This document shows positions 49,295 to 56,958 of a stretch of DNA of 64,000 nucleotides, one piece after another; position 1 is the first letter of the stretch, and each line of letters begins with the position of its first letter. A program made the position numbers and the translations under genes. Under the pieces are notes generated by a model. It worked only from the letters and a program-made list of their open reading frames with translations. It did no database searches and was not told the DNA's origin. The DNA comes from an uncultured Actinomycetes bacterium (lineage in GTDB: Bacteria; Actinomycetota; Thermoleophilia; Gaiellales; Gaiellaceae), in contig CAWBAC010000009.1 of the NCBI GenBank assembly GCA_963786755.1, positions 19,402-83,401 of the forward strand, written 5' to 3'.

Positions 49295-50456
49295 AAGGAC
49301 ACGTCGTGACCAGTCAGCTCGAATCTCCTCCGACCCTCGACGTGGCACCTGCGTGGATCGCCGACCGGCGCGCGCACCTCGTCCGCGAGGTCGCTGCGGC
49401 CTCGGAGCGCCATGAAAGGCCACTGCTTGGAAGCAGGCGGCTCCGGCTCGTGCTCGTAGCCGCCGCAATCGTCCTTCTCACCGCGGGCGCCGCGCTCGCT
49501 ACCAAGGGCATCGACTTCGACGTGCTTCCGTGGCTCGAGTCGGACGACCCGTCCGAGGCCACCTACTTCGTCGACACGACGCGGACGGTGACAGGGGCGT
49601 TCCCGCAGGCGCTCGTGTGCCCGGCGCCGCGTGTGGAAGGCTTCTCCTGCGCTCCCGGCCACGAGGGGCGCTTCGTGTACGAGCTCCTCTTCCGCATCGA
49701 GGCGGACGAGGACGAGCCGGAGTACACGCGCGAGGGGTTCCTAGCCGCCATCGCAGAGGGAGAACAGCAGGGCACCATCACGCCCGAGCTGGCGCAGAAA
49801 TCCGCACGCAGATCGCAGCCGTGGACGACGACTTCTTCGTCAAGTTCGGCATCCTCTCGCCGGATCCAAACAACCGGCGTGTCCGAAGGCCGCGTGCCGC
49901 CGCCCGGCATCCCGATCCTCGCCACCTGCGAGCGCGCCGAGGGCGGCCTTACGTGCCGCAGCCTGGCCGGGGCGGTAGACGTGCCGGTGGGGGCACCCGT
50001 CTACGCGCTTCGCGAGACGGACGAGTGGGTCAAGCAGCCGCCGCGTCGAAGCGACCTCCCGCCTGGCAGCGCCCGGAGGTGGTTGCGTTCTGGAACTCGC
50101 TCACGCCCGCGGAGCAGCGGCTCTGGATGACCCTCCAGACCAATACCAACATCGAAGAAGAAGAAGCCGGGGAGGCGGCGCGGACTCCGGGGCGGGCGAG
50201 TAGAGACCGTCGTCGATCGTCGGAATCGGCGAGTAGAGCCGGGGGCGGCCGGCCGAAACCGGCCGCCCCGGATGGCAAGTCGCTTCCAGTCGGCGTCGAC
50301 GGCGCCCTGGCCGCCGGACGCGGTCGTCGAAGACGATGGTGATCTCGTGGGGACGGTGACGTCGTCACGTGTGACGTGTCGAAGCCGGTCGCCTACGACG
50401 AGCGCGGCCGGCCGTTGTACGCGCCGCGCGGGATCACGGTGCGGCTTCCCTGGTAA
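49291..50456 (+). CDS. Sigma-coupled single-pass membrane protein (putative anti-sigma factor) with an unrecognised extracytoplasmic domain; several frameshifts, 3' end uncertain
   Basis: The ATG overlaps the sigma stop (ATGA). Short N-terminal segment, then TM LRLVLVAAAIVLLTAGAALA, then FDVLPWLESDDPSEATYFVD..CPAPRVEGFSCAPGHEGRFVYELLFRIEADEDEPEYTREGF... The continuation (IRTQIAAVDDDFFVKFGILSPDPNN; ILATCERAEGGLTCRSLAG; VVAFWNSLTPAEQRLWMTLQ; VVTCDVSKPVAYDERGRPLYAPRGITVRLPW) is in other frames. Confidence 0.5.
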
Positions 50457-50785
50457 GGCTCGGCCGTCGAAGAACTGCAAGCGGTAGAGCAAGGTCAGGG
50501 CGCCGCTGCGCTGATCAGACCTGGGTCTTGGGCACTGATTCGAAACTGGGGGAACCCCCGATGCGATTCCAACCGCGCGGCTGACAAACTCGATAACGCG
50601 TCGCTGTCAGAGCAGGAGAGGCAACGCCGCACTCCTCAACGCCTGCTACCGGAGTGGCCCCCCGTGCACTGGGGATGGCGACTGGGCCGCTCCGGTCGGC
50701 GGGTGTCGCGCCGGAGCCGAGCGCGGCAGCCGCCTAGCCGAGTACTAGGGGGAAGCCGGCAGATGCACCTGGCGCGGCTAGAGCC

Positions 50786-50974
50786 CTAGCCGATGATCTG
50801 CGAGACACGGGCGTGCGACAGTCCCGCGGCCCGTCCGATCTGCCGCAGACTGGCCCCCTCCCGGTAGGCGTCGCGGATCGCCTCCTGGAGTTTCTTCCGG
50901 GCGGCATCGGTTGCTTCCTGGCTGGTACGGACCTCACGTGCAGCCTCAGCTACCCGCTCGAGGTCCTCGGCCAC
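50786..50974 (-). CDS. Small coiled-coil plus HTH DNA-binding protein next to the right island end
   Basis: VAEDLERVAEAAREVRTSQEATDAARKKLQEAIRDAYREGASLRQIGRAAGLSHARVSQIIG. GTG start. The arm-like repeat lies 26 nt upstream of its start. Confidence 0.55.
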   Translation of the reverse strand: MAEDLERVAEAAREVRTSQEATDAARKKLQEAIRDAYREGASLRQIGRAAGLSHARVSQIIG

Positions 50975-50999
50975 GTGGGCAATCTAGACGGGGGGCCGA

Positions 51000-51020
51000 C
51001 GCAAGAACAACGCAAGAACG
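51000..51020 (+). repeat. Arm-like repeat CGCAAGAACAACGCAAGAACG, right copy
   Basis: Identical to 40796-40816. It lies 124 nt before the 47-bp tRNA-derived repeat. Confidence 0.7.
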
Positions 51021-51143
51021 CCGCCGCAAGCTCGCAGCCGGGTTTGGCTTGCCTACTTGGCTCGACTGCCCGCGATCCCGCATGGCTTGTGGGATTTCGC
51101 GCAGGTTGTCACCGGTCGTCGTCCGGCGGATTTGCCCCCTTCG

Positions 51144-51190
51144 CGGCTTCCCAAGCCAAGGGTCGCGGGTTCGAGCCCCGTCGTCCGCTT
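51144..51190 (+). repeat. Displaced 3' fragment of tRNA-Gly(CCC) (attR-type direct repeat)
   Basis: GGCTTCCCAAGCCAAGGGTCGCGGGTTCGAGCCCCGTCGTCCGCTTC is identical to 40684-40730. It lacks the 5' half of the tRNA. Confidence 0.9.
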
Positions 51191-51235
51191 CCCGCCTTCC
51201 TCCTGCAAACCGGCCGGTTCTGCCGGGTCGGGCCG

Positions 51236-51425
51236 TCAGTCGGCGTCGCCGGGCGATGCCATCTCCACGCCAGAACGCCGCGTTCTGGCGTCGAGGCGGG
51301 CGCGGATCGCCTCATTGGAGTCGCGGGCGAGGTGGCCGTACCTCTCGTCGATCATGGCGACGGAGGTGCCCATGAGGCGGGCGAGCTCACCCGCTACGGA
51401 CGGGCAGTGCTCGTTACGCCGTGCA
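51236..51425 (-). pseudogene. C-terminal remnant of a tyrosine recombinase/integrase
   Basis: ..VAGELARLMGTSVAMIDERYGHLARDSNEAIRARLDA.. is the typical integrase C-terminus with the catalytic Tyr in YGHL. Only about 60 codons are recognisable. The 5' part is replaced by the end of the DUF4239-like gene. Confidence 0.65.
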
Positions 51426-52220
51426 CCGGATGACGGCTTGACCACGCTCCCGATGCTCCCTTTCCATCTGCGCCAGCGTCCTCTCCATCGCGGTTGGTTT
51501 GATGCTGCCGCTCTTGTCCTCGTACGGCTTGTCGAGAAATCGCACCAAGACCAGCCCCGAGACGACGATGATTGCGACCGCGGCGACCATTGCTGCCTGC
51601 GGAACCGCGGCCTCCTCACGATCTGCGAAAAGGGCGACCGAGGCGATCACCACCACCGCACCGATGATCAGGATCAACCAAATAACCGGCGGCACCAACC
51701 CTTCTGCTTTGCCTATCCGGCCCTGCCGTCCGTGTCGCCGCTCCTCGTTCAAGGCGAACCAACGTTCAAACGCGGCGGCCTGCTTGGCGTCGGTGACTGA
51801 GATCTGTCCGGCGGACTCCTCCATGGCCGAGACCCTCGCGTCCACTACCAAACTCCCTCCGCCTTCCCGCATCGCGGGCCACCCGTCCGAGATGACCTCG
51901 CGCGCGTAGCAGATCATCTGCCCCTGCAGCTCCACGCGGGTCGCCGGGCCGAAGGGCCCGGCCGCGTGGAACATCGCAAGCGTGGCGGTCGCCTCCTCCT
52001 CGGCGTCGGCCTTGGCGCCGCCGTAGCTCTCGAATGCGATGAAGAACACGAATGCGACGATCACCATGTAGGCGGTGCCCGCCACCGTGTACACGGCACC
52101 CGCCGGAATCGGATCCTTGAAGAACGATCCCGCCGGCGCGCGTCGGCGGACGATGAGCATGCCGGCCGCGCTCAGCGCAGCGGCTCCCACGATGATCAAT
52201 GCGGCAAGCCAGGGTTCCAC
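51414..52220 (-). CDS. DUF4239-like membrane protein
   Basis: Intact 268 aa with N-terminal TM helices (ALIIVGAAALSAAGMLIV; YMVIVAFVFFIAFESY) and C-terminal TM helices (VIWLILIIGAVVVIASVALF; AMVAAVAIIVVSGLVLV). Confidence 0.55.
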   Translation of the reverse strand: MEPWLAALIIVGAAALSAAGMLIVRRRAPAGSFFKDPIPAGAVYTVAGTAYMVIVAFVFFIAFESYGGAKADAEEEATATLAMFHAAGPFGPATRVELQGQMICYAREVISDGWPAMREGGGSLVVDARVSAMEESAGQISVTDAKQAAAFERWFALNEERRHGRQGRIGKAEGLVPPVIWLILIIGAVVVIASVALFADREEAAVPQAAMVAAVAIIVVSGLVLVRFLDKPYEDKSGSIKPTAMERTLAQMEREHRERGQAVIRCTA

Positions 52221-52284
52221 GTCGGCCTACGCTCGGAAGGCGTGCAACCTATCTCAGCAGCAAAGGCCGTGCTCGCCGAGGAGG

Positions 52285-52547
52285 CTAGCCGCTCCACCCG
52301 TTCGTCGAGCCGAGCGCGGCCAGCCCCTCGAGGACGCCGGGCGGGAAGGCGGCGGGGAGCCGGTAGCGGCCGCGGTCGTCGAGAAGGACGCAGCCGCGCT
52401 CGACCTCGTCGGTGAGCACCAGGCGGAGCCCCTGCTCCCACGCCCGGCCGCGGCGGTCCTGCCGCTCGAGCAGCTCGTCGGAGAGGGAGGAGAGGACGGG
52501 GGGTTAGCCGTGCCGGCGGGCTGACGCTCCCTCTTCCTCGTGGGCAT
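52285..52547 (-). CDS. Hypothetical protein; one frameshift in a C6 run near 52500
   Basis: MPTRKRERQPAGTANPP then, after a one-base slip in CCCCCC, VLSSLSDELLERQDRRGRAWEQGLRLVLTDEVERGCVLLDDRGRYRLPAAFPPGVLEGLAALGSTNGWSG. Confidence 0.35.
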
Positions 52548-53063
52548 CAGCACCCAGTTTCCGGTGCGAATCGTACGATTCGGCCTCATCGCAGTCGGCA
52601 CCACGCTCCTCATCGTCGCCGCGATCGCCATTCTGCGGCTCCCCGGCGGCTCGCCGTTCTAGCACCGTGTTAGGGGAGGCTGGACGCTGACTGCGCGCGG
52701 CCCGACCGACAAGCGAGTCCGAACTCCTAGGGTATGGTGGGCCCATGAGAGGAATCTTCCTTTTGGTCGCCGGTGCGCTCGGAGCGTGGGCCGGTGGTGC
52801 CGCGTGGCGATACCGCCGCAACGAGCAGTTTTCGAGCGCGATCGGCGACGCGAAGCCAACCTAACCGCTGCACTCCTAGCGGGCGTGCGCCCGGGGTGGC
52901 AGGCCCCAAACGTCCGGAAAGCTCGGCATTAGGCGGGGTGCGGGGCAGCGCACGAAAACACAGCGCCAAACCCGCACGGATAAACACTTCTGGACTTCTC
53001 CGGACAGGCGGATGAGAACACCTTCGCCGGGCGCGAGCGGCGTGGGATAGTAGCGTCCCGCCG

Positions 53064-53813
53064 GTGGCGGCCGGGATCGAGTACCTGCTGTGGAGGCACG
53101 AGCTCGCGGACGGCGAGGTGACGACGGTGTACGCCGTGCGGCACCCGCGGCATTCGACACATGCGCGGGTCGTGCACTTCCCTCGCACCGAGCGCCTCGA
53201 CATCTGGTGCACGGCGAACGAGGTCGACGAGGCGATCATCGGGGGCTTCTTCCTCCGCGATCCCTACCGCCCGCTGGGCGATCTCTGGATCGAGGGTCGC
53301 CCCGTGTCCCACGAGCCGATCGTTGCTCCCTACGCCTCCCGCCGTGCCTGCGTGGTCGTCGAGGGCGGAGACATCCGTCTCGCCGCGCGCGAGGATGCCC
53401 CGGCCGCACCGGCGGGCGACCTGGTGCACGCCGGACCGCTGCTCGTCCGCGAGGGGGCGGTCGTCTTCGACGGCGAGGGGGACAGCGAGGGGTTCTCCGC
53501 CGGCGCGGGGCAGTTCGACTCGGACATCACGGAGGGGCGCTATCCGCGCGCTGCGCTCGGGGTTTCGGCCGGATCGTTGGTGGCAGTTGCGTGCGACGGG
53601 CGGCGCTCGCGTGTCGACGGAGGGCTTTCGATGCTCGAGCTCGCCGAACTGATGGTCGAGCTCGGCGCCGAGAGCGCGATCAACCTCGACGGGGGCGGCT
53701 CCACCACGCTCGTGCATCGCAGGCATCTCCTCAACCGTCCGTACTCGACGCAGGATCAGCCCGCACCGGAGTCACGGCCGATCGTGAGCGCGCTGGTCTT
53801 CGAATCGCGCTAG
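53064..53813 (+). CDS. Phosphodiester glycosidase (DUF2233/NAGPA-like) family protein
   Basis: Intact 249 aa: ..AIIGGFF..PLGDLWIEG..AGPLLVREGAVVFD..PRAALGVSAGSLVAVACDGR..GLSMLELAELMVELGAESAINLDGGGSTTL. Confidence 0.65.
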   Translation: MAAGIEYLLWRHELADGEVTTVYAVRHPRHSTHARVVHFPRTERLDIWCTANEVDEAIIGGFFLRDPYRPLGDLWIEGRPVSHEPIVAPYASRRACVVVEGGDIRLAAREDAPAAPAGDLVHAGPLLVREGAVVFDGEGDSEGFSAGAGQFDSDITEGRYPRAALGVSAGSLVAVACDGRRSRVDGGLSMLELAELMVELGAESAINLDGGGSTTLVHRRHLLNRPYSTQDQPAPESRPIVSALVFESR

Positions 53814-53899
53814 CGGCGGCCCGTGTGCGGCAACTGCGACCCGACCCAGGTTCGCCCTCGGGGGAATGGGTACGCAGCGGGCTCGAGAAGTAGCGCGGC

Positions 53900-54727
53900 T
53901 TAGCCTACGACGGCGCGCGCGGCGGCGAGGACGACCCGGCCGGCTGTTTTCAGCTTCCACGGCTGTACGCGGGCGATGCGGTCGCAGGGCTCGTGCCAGC
54001 ACACGTCCCAGCGCCACTGGAGCCACGCGGCCGGCACGCCGCCGCGCGTGAGCTCCTCGTGGTCGGACTGCCCGGTGTCGCGCCGATAGGTGACGCTGAC
54101 GCCGAGCGCGCGGGCCCTGGCGAGGAGGCGACGGGCGGATCGGTTGGGCGAGGCTTCGAGCCCGCGGACGTGGAAGGTCGTGCCCACGCCGACCATGTCG
54201 ATGGAGAGGGCAAGACGGATGCCTCTCTTCGCCGCGGGCGAGAGCGAGCGCGTGAAGCGGAGCGACCCGAGGTGGTCCTGCGAGCCTGTCTCGAACCGCT
54301 CCTCGGCCCCGAGCGCCGCGAGCGCCACGCCCGGCCTCGCGCGCAGGTGGCGGGCGAGCTCGAGGAGGGTCCCGACGCCCGAGCCGTTGTCGTTCGCCGC
54401 GCGAGTGCCGGGAACGCCGTCCATGTGCGCCACGATCACGACTCGCGTCGGCCCGGTCGTCCGCCCGACGACGTTGCGCGAGAACGCTCCGCTCGGAAGC
54501 CGGAAGCGCTGGACGACGGCGGCGTACCCGAGCGCCTCGAGCCGCTCCTTGACGATCACGCTCGCCTGCCGCTCGTGTACCCCGCCCGCGGGCCGCTGAC
54601 CAAGTGCGGCGATCCTCGCCGTCCACTGCTTCGCCGCCACGCCGGAGAACGGCGCGCCCGAGGCGGGCGCCGCGCCGAGCAGGGCGCACGCGGCAGCGAC
54701 CCCTACGCCTGCGAGTGCCCGGCGCAT
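53900..54727 (-). CDS. Secreted M28-family aminopeptidase
   Basis: Signal peptide MRRALAGVGVAAACALLGAAPASG. NVVGRTTGPTRVVIVAHMDGVP..ANDNGSGVGTLLELAR..GAEE..SIDMVG..SDHEEL. Confidence 0.8.
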   Translation of the reverse strand: MRRALAGVGVAAACALLGAAPASGAPFSGVAAKQWTARIAALGQRPAGGVHERQASVIVKERLEALGYAAVVQRFRLPSGAFSRNVVGRTTGPTRVVIVAHMDGVPGTRAANDNGSGVGTLLELARHLRARPGVALAALGAEERFETGSQDHLGSLRFTRSLSPAAKRGIRLALSIDMVGVGTTFHVRGLEASPNRSARRLLARARALGVSVTYRRDTGQSDHEELTRGGVPAAWLQWRWDVCWHEPCDRIARVQPWKLKTAGRVVLAAARAVVG

Positions 54728-54768
54728 CCGGGCGTAGCGTACTAGGCCGGCTGATAGCCTCGCGGGGG

Positions 54769-54999
54769 ATGAGCGAGCGCTTGGCCGAGTGCCTCCGAGC
54801 GGCGTTCCCGGCGGCGACGGAGCTCTCCGTCGTCGACCGGACGGGCGGAGGCGACCACTTCCACGTAACCGTGGTCGACGGCCGCTTCGACGACCTCTCG
54901 CTCGTCGACCAGCACCGGCTCGTCTACGCGGCGCTGGACGAGCCCCTGCGGGACGGGACCATCCACGAGCTGAGGATCACGACCAGGAGTGAGGAATGA
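54769..54999 (+). CDS. BolA-family protein
   Basis: MSERLAECLRAAFPAATELSVVDRTGGGDHFHVTVVDGRFDDLSLVDQHRLVYAAL..GTIHELRITT. Confidence 0.8.
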   Translation: MSERLAECLRAAFPAATELSVVDRTGGGDHFHVTVVDGRFDDLSLVDQHRLVYAALDEPLRDGTIHELRITTRSEE

Positions 55000-55394
55000 G
55001 CGAGCTACGAGACAGGATTCAACAGACGATCGAGACCGAGCCGGTCGTCGCCTTCGTGAAGGGAACACACGAGCAGGTCTTTTGTGGTAACTCGGAACGG
55101 GCCCTCGGCGCGCTGCGCGCGGTGGGAGCATCCTTCACGGCCGTGGACGTCCTGCCCGATCCGGCCATTCGCCAGGAGCTGTCGGACTATTCGAACTGGC
55201 CGACGATCCCCCAGGTGTTCGTGGCCGGCGAGCTGATCGGCGGGGCCGACATCGTGCAGGAGCTCGCAGCCACCGGAGAGCTCGAGGCGAAGCTGAACGA
55301 GAAGCTCGGGGATTCCTGGCGGCAGCCCGGCGCGGAGCGCACGGTCGAGGTGACGGGGGGCGGCGAAGGCCTCCGTCTCGTACCCGGAGCGTAG
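54996..55394 (+). CDS. Monothiol glutaredoxin (Grx4 family), active site CGNS
   Basis: The ATG overlaps the bolA stop (ATGA). VVAFVKGTHEQVFCGNSERALGALRAVG..YSNWPTIPQVFVAGELIGGADIV. Confidence 0.8.
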   Translation: MSELRDRIQQTIETEPVVAFVKGTHEQVFCGNSERALGALRAVGASFTAVDVLPDPAIRQELSDYSNWPTIPQVFVAGELIGGADIVQELAATGELEAKLNEKLGDSWRQPGAERTVEVTGGGEGLRLVPGA

Positions 55395-55402
55395 GAACAC
55401 GC

Positions 55403-56227
55403 TCAGCCCACGGGCGTTCCGAGCAGAATCGCCCGGATCGCCTGGTGGCTCTCTTCGTTCGGGGACTCGCTGATCACGGTCGCCGGACGCTCGAAGCCTG
55501 CGAGCGCGTCGCGGAGCGGCTCGGCCCGCAAAGTGCCCTCGCCGTAGGAGAGGTGCTTGGTCTCGTTTCGGTTGGCGAAGGCGATGTCCGAGAAGTGGAG
55601 GTGGAAGGGGGCGCCCGGCTCCAGCACGCGGTCGGCGGCCTCCAGCACGGCGGCGAATGCCCCAGCCTCGAGGAACGCGCCGTCCGTGACGGCGTGCAGA
55701 TGGGCGAAGTCGACGACCGGCCGCACCCAGTCGAGCCGCGCCGAGAGCCAGAACACGTCCTCCGCGGTGCCGAGCTCGCGCACGCGGCCCATGATCTCCA
55801 CGCCGAACGGGACGACTCGGCCCTTGCCCTCGAGCCGCTCCCGCAACTCCTCCAGCTGCTCGGCGACGGCCTCCAGGGCCGCCTCGCGCTCCCGGCCGAG
55901 CAGGAAACCGGGGTGGAACACGACGAGCTCGGCCCCGCAGGCGACGGCCACGCCGGCCGAATGGTCGAGCATGCCCGTAGCCATCCGATACTTCTTGTCC
56001 CGCTCCAGGTGGCCCATGAAGCCCGCGATGGGCGCGTGCACGGAGAGCGCGATGCCGGCTTCCCGGGCGAGCTCCCCGAAGCGCTCGGCCCAGGGGTAGT
56101 CCATCCAGAAACCGCCCTCGAAGTCGATCTCGCACGCCGTGTAGCCCCGTTCGAGGAGAAGTCCGATTGCAGCCTCGGGGCTCTCTCGGCTCGGCACGCG
56201 GGCGGGGCCGATGCGAATCGTGGCCAT
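55403..56227 (-). CDS. Xylose-isomerase-like TIM-barrel protein (sugar phosphate isomerase/epimerase or AP-endonuclease-2 family)
   Basis: Intact 274 aa: GYTACEIDFEGGFWM..LSVHAP..ELVVFHPGF..FGVEIMG..VVDFAHLHA..HLHFSD. Confidence 0.65.
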   Translation of the reverse strand: MATIRIGPARVPSRESPEAAIGLLLERGYTACEIDFEGGFWMDYPWAERFGELAREAGIALSVHAPIAGFMGHLERDKKYRMATGMLDHSAGVAVACGAELVVFHPGFLLGREREAALEAVAEQLEELRERLEGKGRVVPFGVEIMGRVRELGTAEDVFWLSARLDWVRPVVDFAHLHAVTDGAFLEAGAFAAVLEAADRVLEPGAPFHLHFSDIAFANRNETKHLSYGEGTLRAEPLRDALAGFERPATVISESPNEESHQAIRAILLGTPVG

Positions 56228-56278
56228 GACGCCAGCGTATCCCGCTGTGCCGTCCGATCTGCTCGGTACCGTTTCCGC

Positions 56279-56518
56279 ATGGCCAAGCGCCCAACCCGAA
56301 TCGAGCTGCTCGAGCTGGACATCGACCTCAGGCTCGTCGACCTCTGGGGCGAGGCCTGCGGGGTGACCGAGTGGAACCTCGAGGTCGTGGCCGCCTTCCT
56401 GCGCGCCGCCTACGGGAAGGGCTACTGCGACGCCCTCACCGAGGACGCGCCCGGCAGCCTGTGTCGCGACCACGGGTACCGGATCCCGGCGCGCAACGCT
56501 GCACCGGCCACCGACTAG
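56279..56518 (+). CDS. Hypothetical protein
   Basis: Intact 79 aa, MAKRPTRIELLELDIDLRLVDLWGEACGVTEWNLEVVAAFLRAAYGKGYCDAL.., divergent from the TIM-barrel gene. Confidence 0.45.
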   Translation: MAKRPTRIELLELDIDLRLVDLWGEACGVTEWNLEVVAAFLRAAYGKGYCDALTEDAPGSLCRDHGYRIPARNAAPATD

Positions 56519-56561
56519 CAAAGCTGCACCGGCCACCACCGAGCAAAGCTAAACTCGGATC

Positions 56562-56957
56562 GTGGCCAAGCGGCGCAACCCCGTGCGCCTCGTCGTCGCC
56601 CTCTCCGTCGCGGCGGTGCTGGCGGTCTTTCTCCTGTACACGAGCTTCGCCGGCGGGGCGACGGCGTCTCTCCGGCCGAGCCAGCTGGCCCAGCACCGCG
56701 GGGAAGAAGTGAGCCTCGCGGGGCGTGTCGTCGGCCCCGTCACGGGCGACGCCCGCGGCGAAGGCCTGCGCTTCACCCTGCGCGACATAGACGGGAAGGC
56801 AACCGTCCCCGTCGTGTACACCGGCTCCGTGCCCGACCTCTTCAAGGTCGGTCGCCACGTCTATATGCGTGGAGAGCTCCAGAGCGGCACCTTCGTCGCC
56901 GAGAAGGACTCGCTGGTGACGAAGTGCCCGTCCAAGTACGCGCCGAAAGACTCTTGA
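56562..56957 (+). CDS. ccmE: Cytochrome c maturation heme chaperone CcmE, CxxxY variant
   Basis: N-terminal anchor RLVVALSVAAVLAVFLLY. OB-fold body VSLAGRVVGPV..LRFTLRD..VPVVYTGSVPDLFKVGRHVYMRGEL. The C-terminus LVTKCPSKYAPK has Cys where canonical CcmE has His (HDENY). Confidence 0.8.
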   Translation: MAKRRNPVRLVVALSVAAVLAVFLLYTSFAGGATASLRPSQLAQHRGEEVSLAGRVVGPVTGDARGEGLRFTLRDIDGKATVPVVYTGSVPDLFKVGRHVYMRGELQSGTFVAEKDSLVTKCPSKYAPKDS

Positions 56958-56958
56958 C

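Larger units (their letters stand above)
40729..51190. mobile_element. Mosaic integrated island at the 3' end of tRNA-Gly(CCC), bounded by a 47-bp direct repeat; no intact integrase inside
   Basis: 40684-40730 is identical to 51144-51190. Identical 21-bp arm-like repeats lie at 40796-40816 and 51000-51020. The content is accessory (LtrA, isochorismatase, MBL hydrolase, QOR, SRPBCC, ECF sigma pair), with AT-richer non-coding patches and decayed paralog fragments. Confidence 0.75.

Noticed and set aside
52966-52976. An 11-nt match (AACCCGCACGG) to the sequence just downstream of tRNA-Gly (40735-40745), considered as a third att-type boundary of the older island.
   Set aside because: An 11-mer match is expected by chance many times in a 64-kb window, and no surrounding similarity is present.
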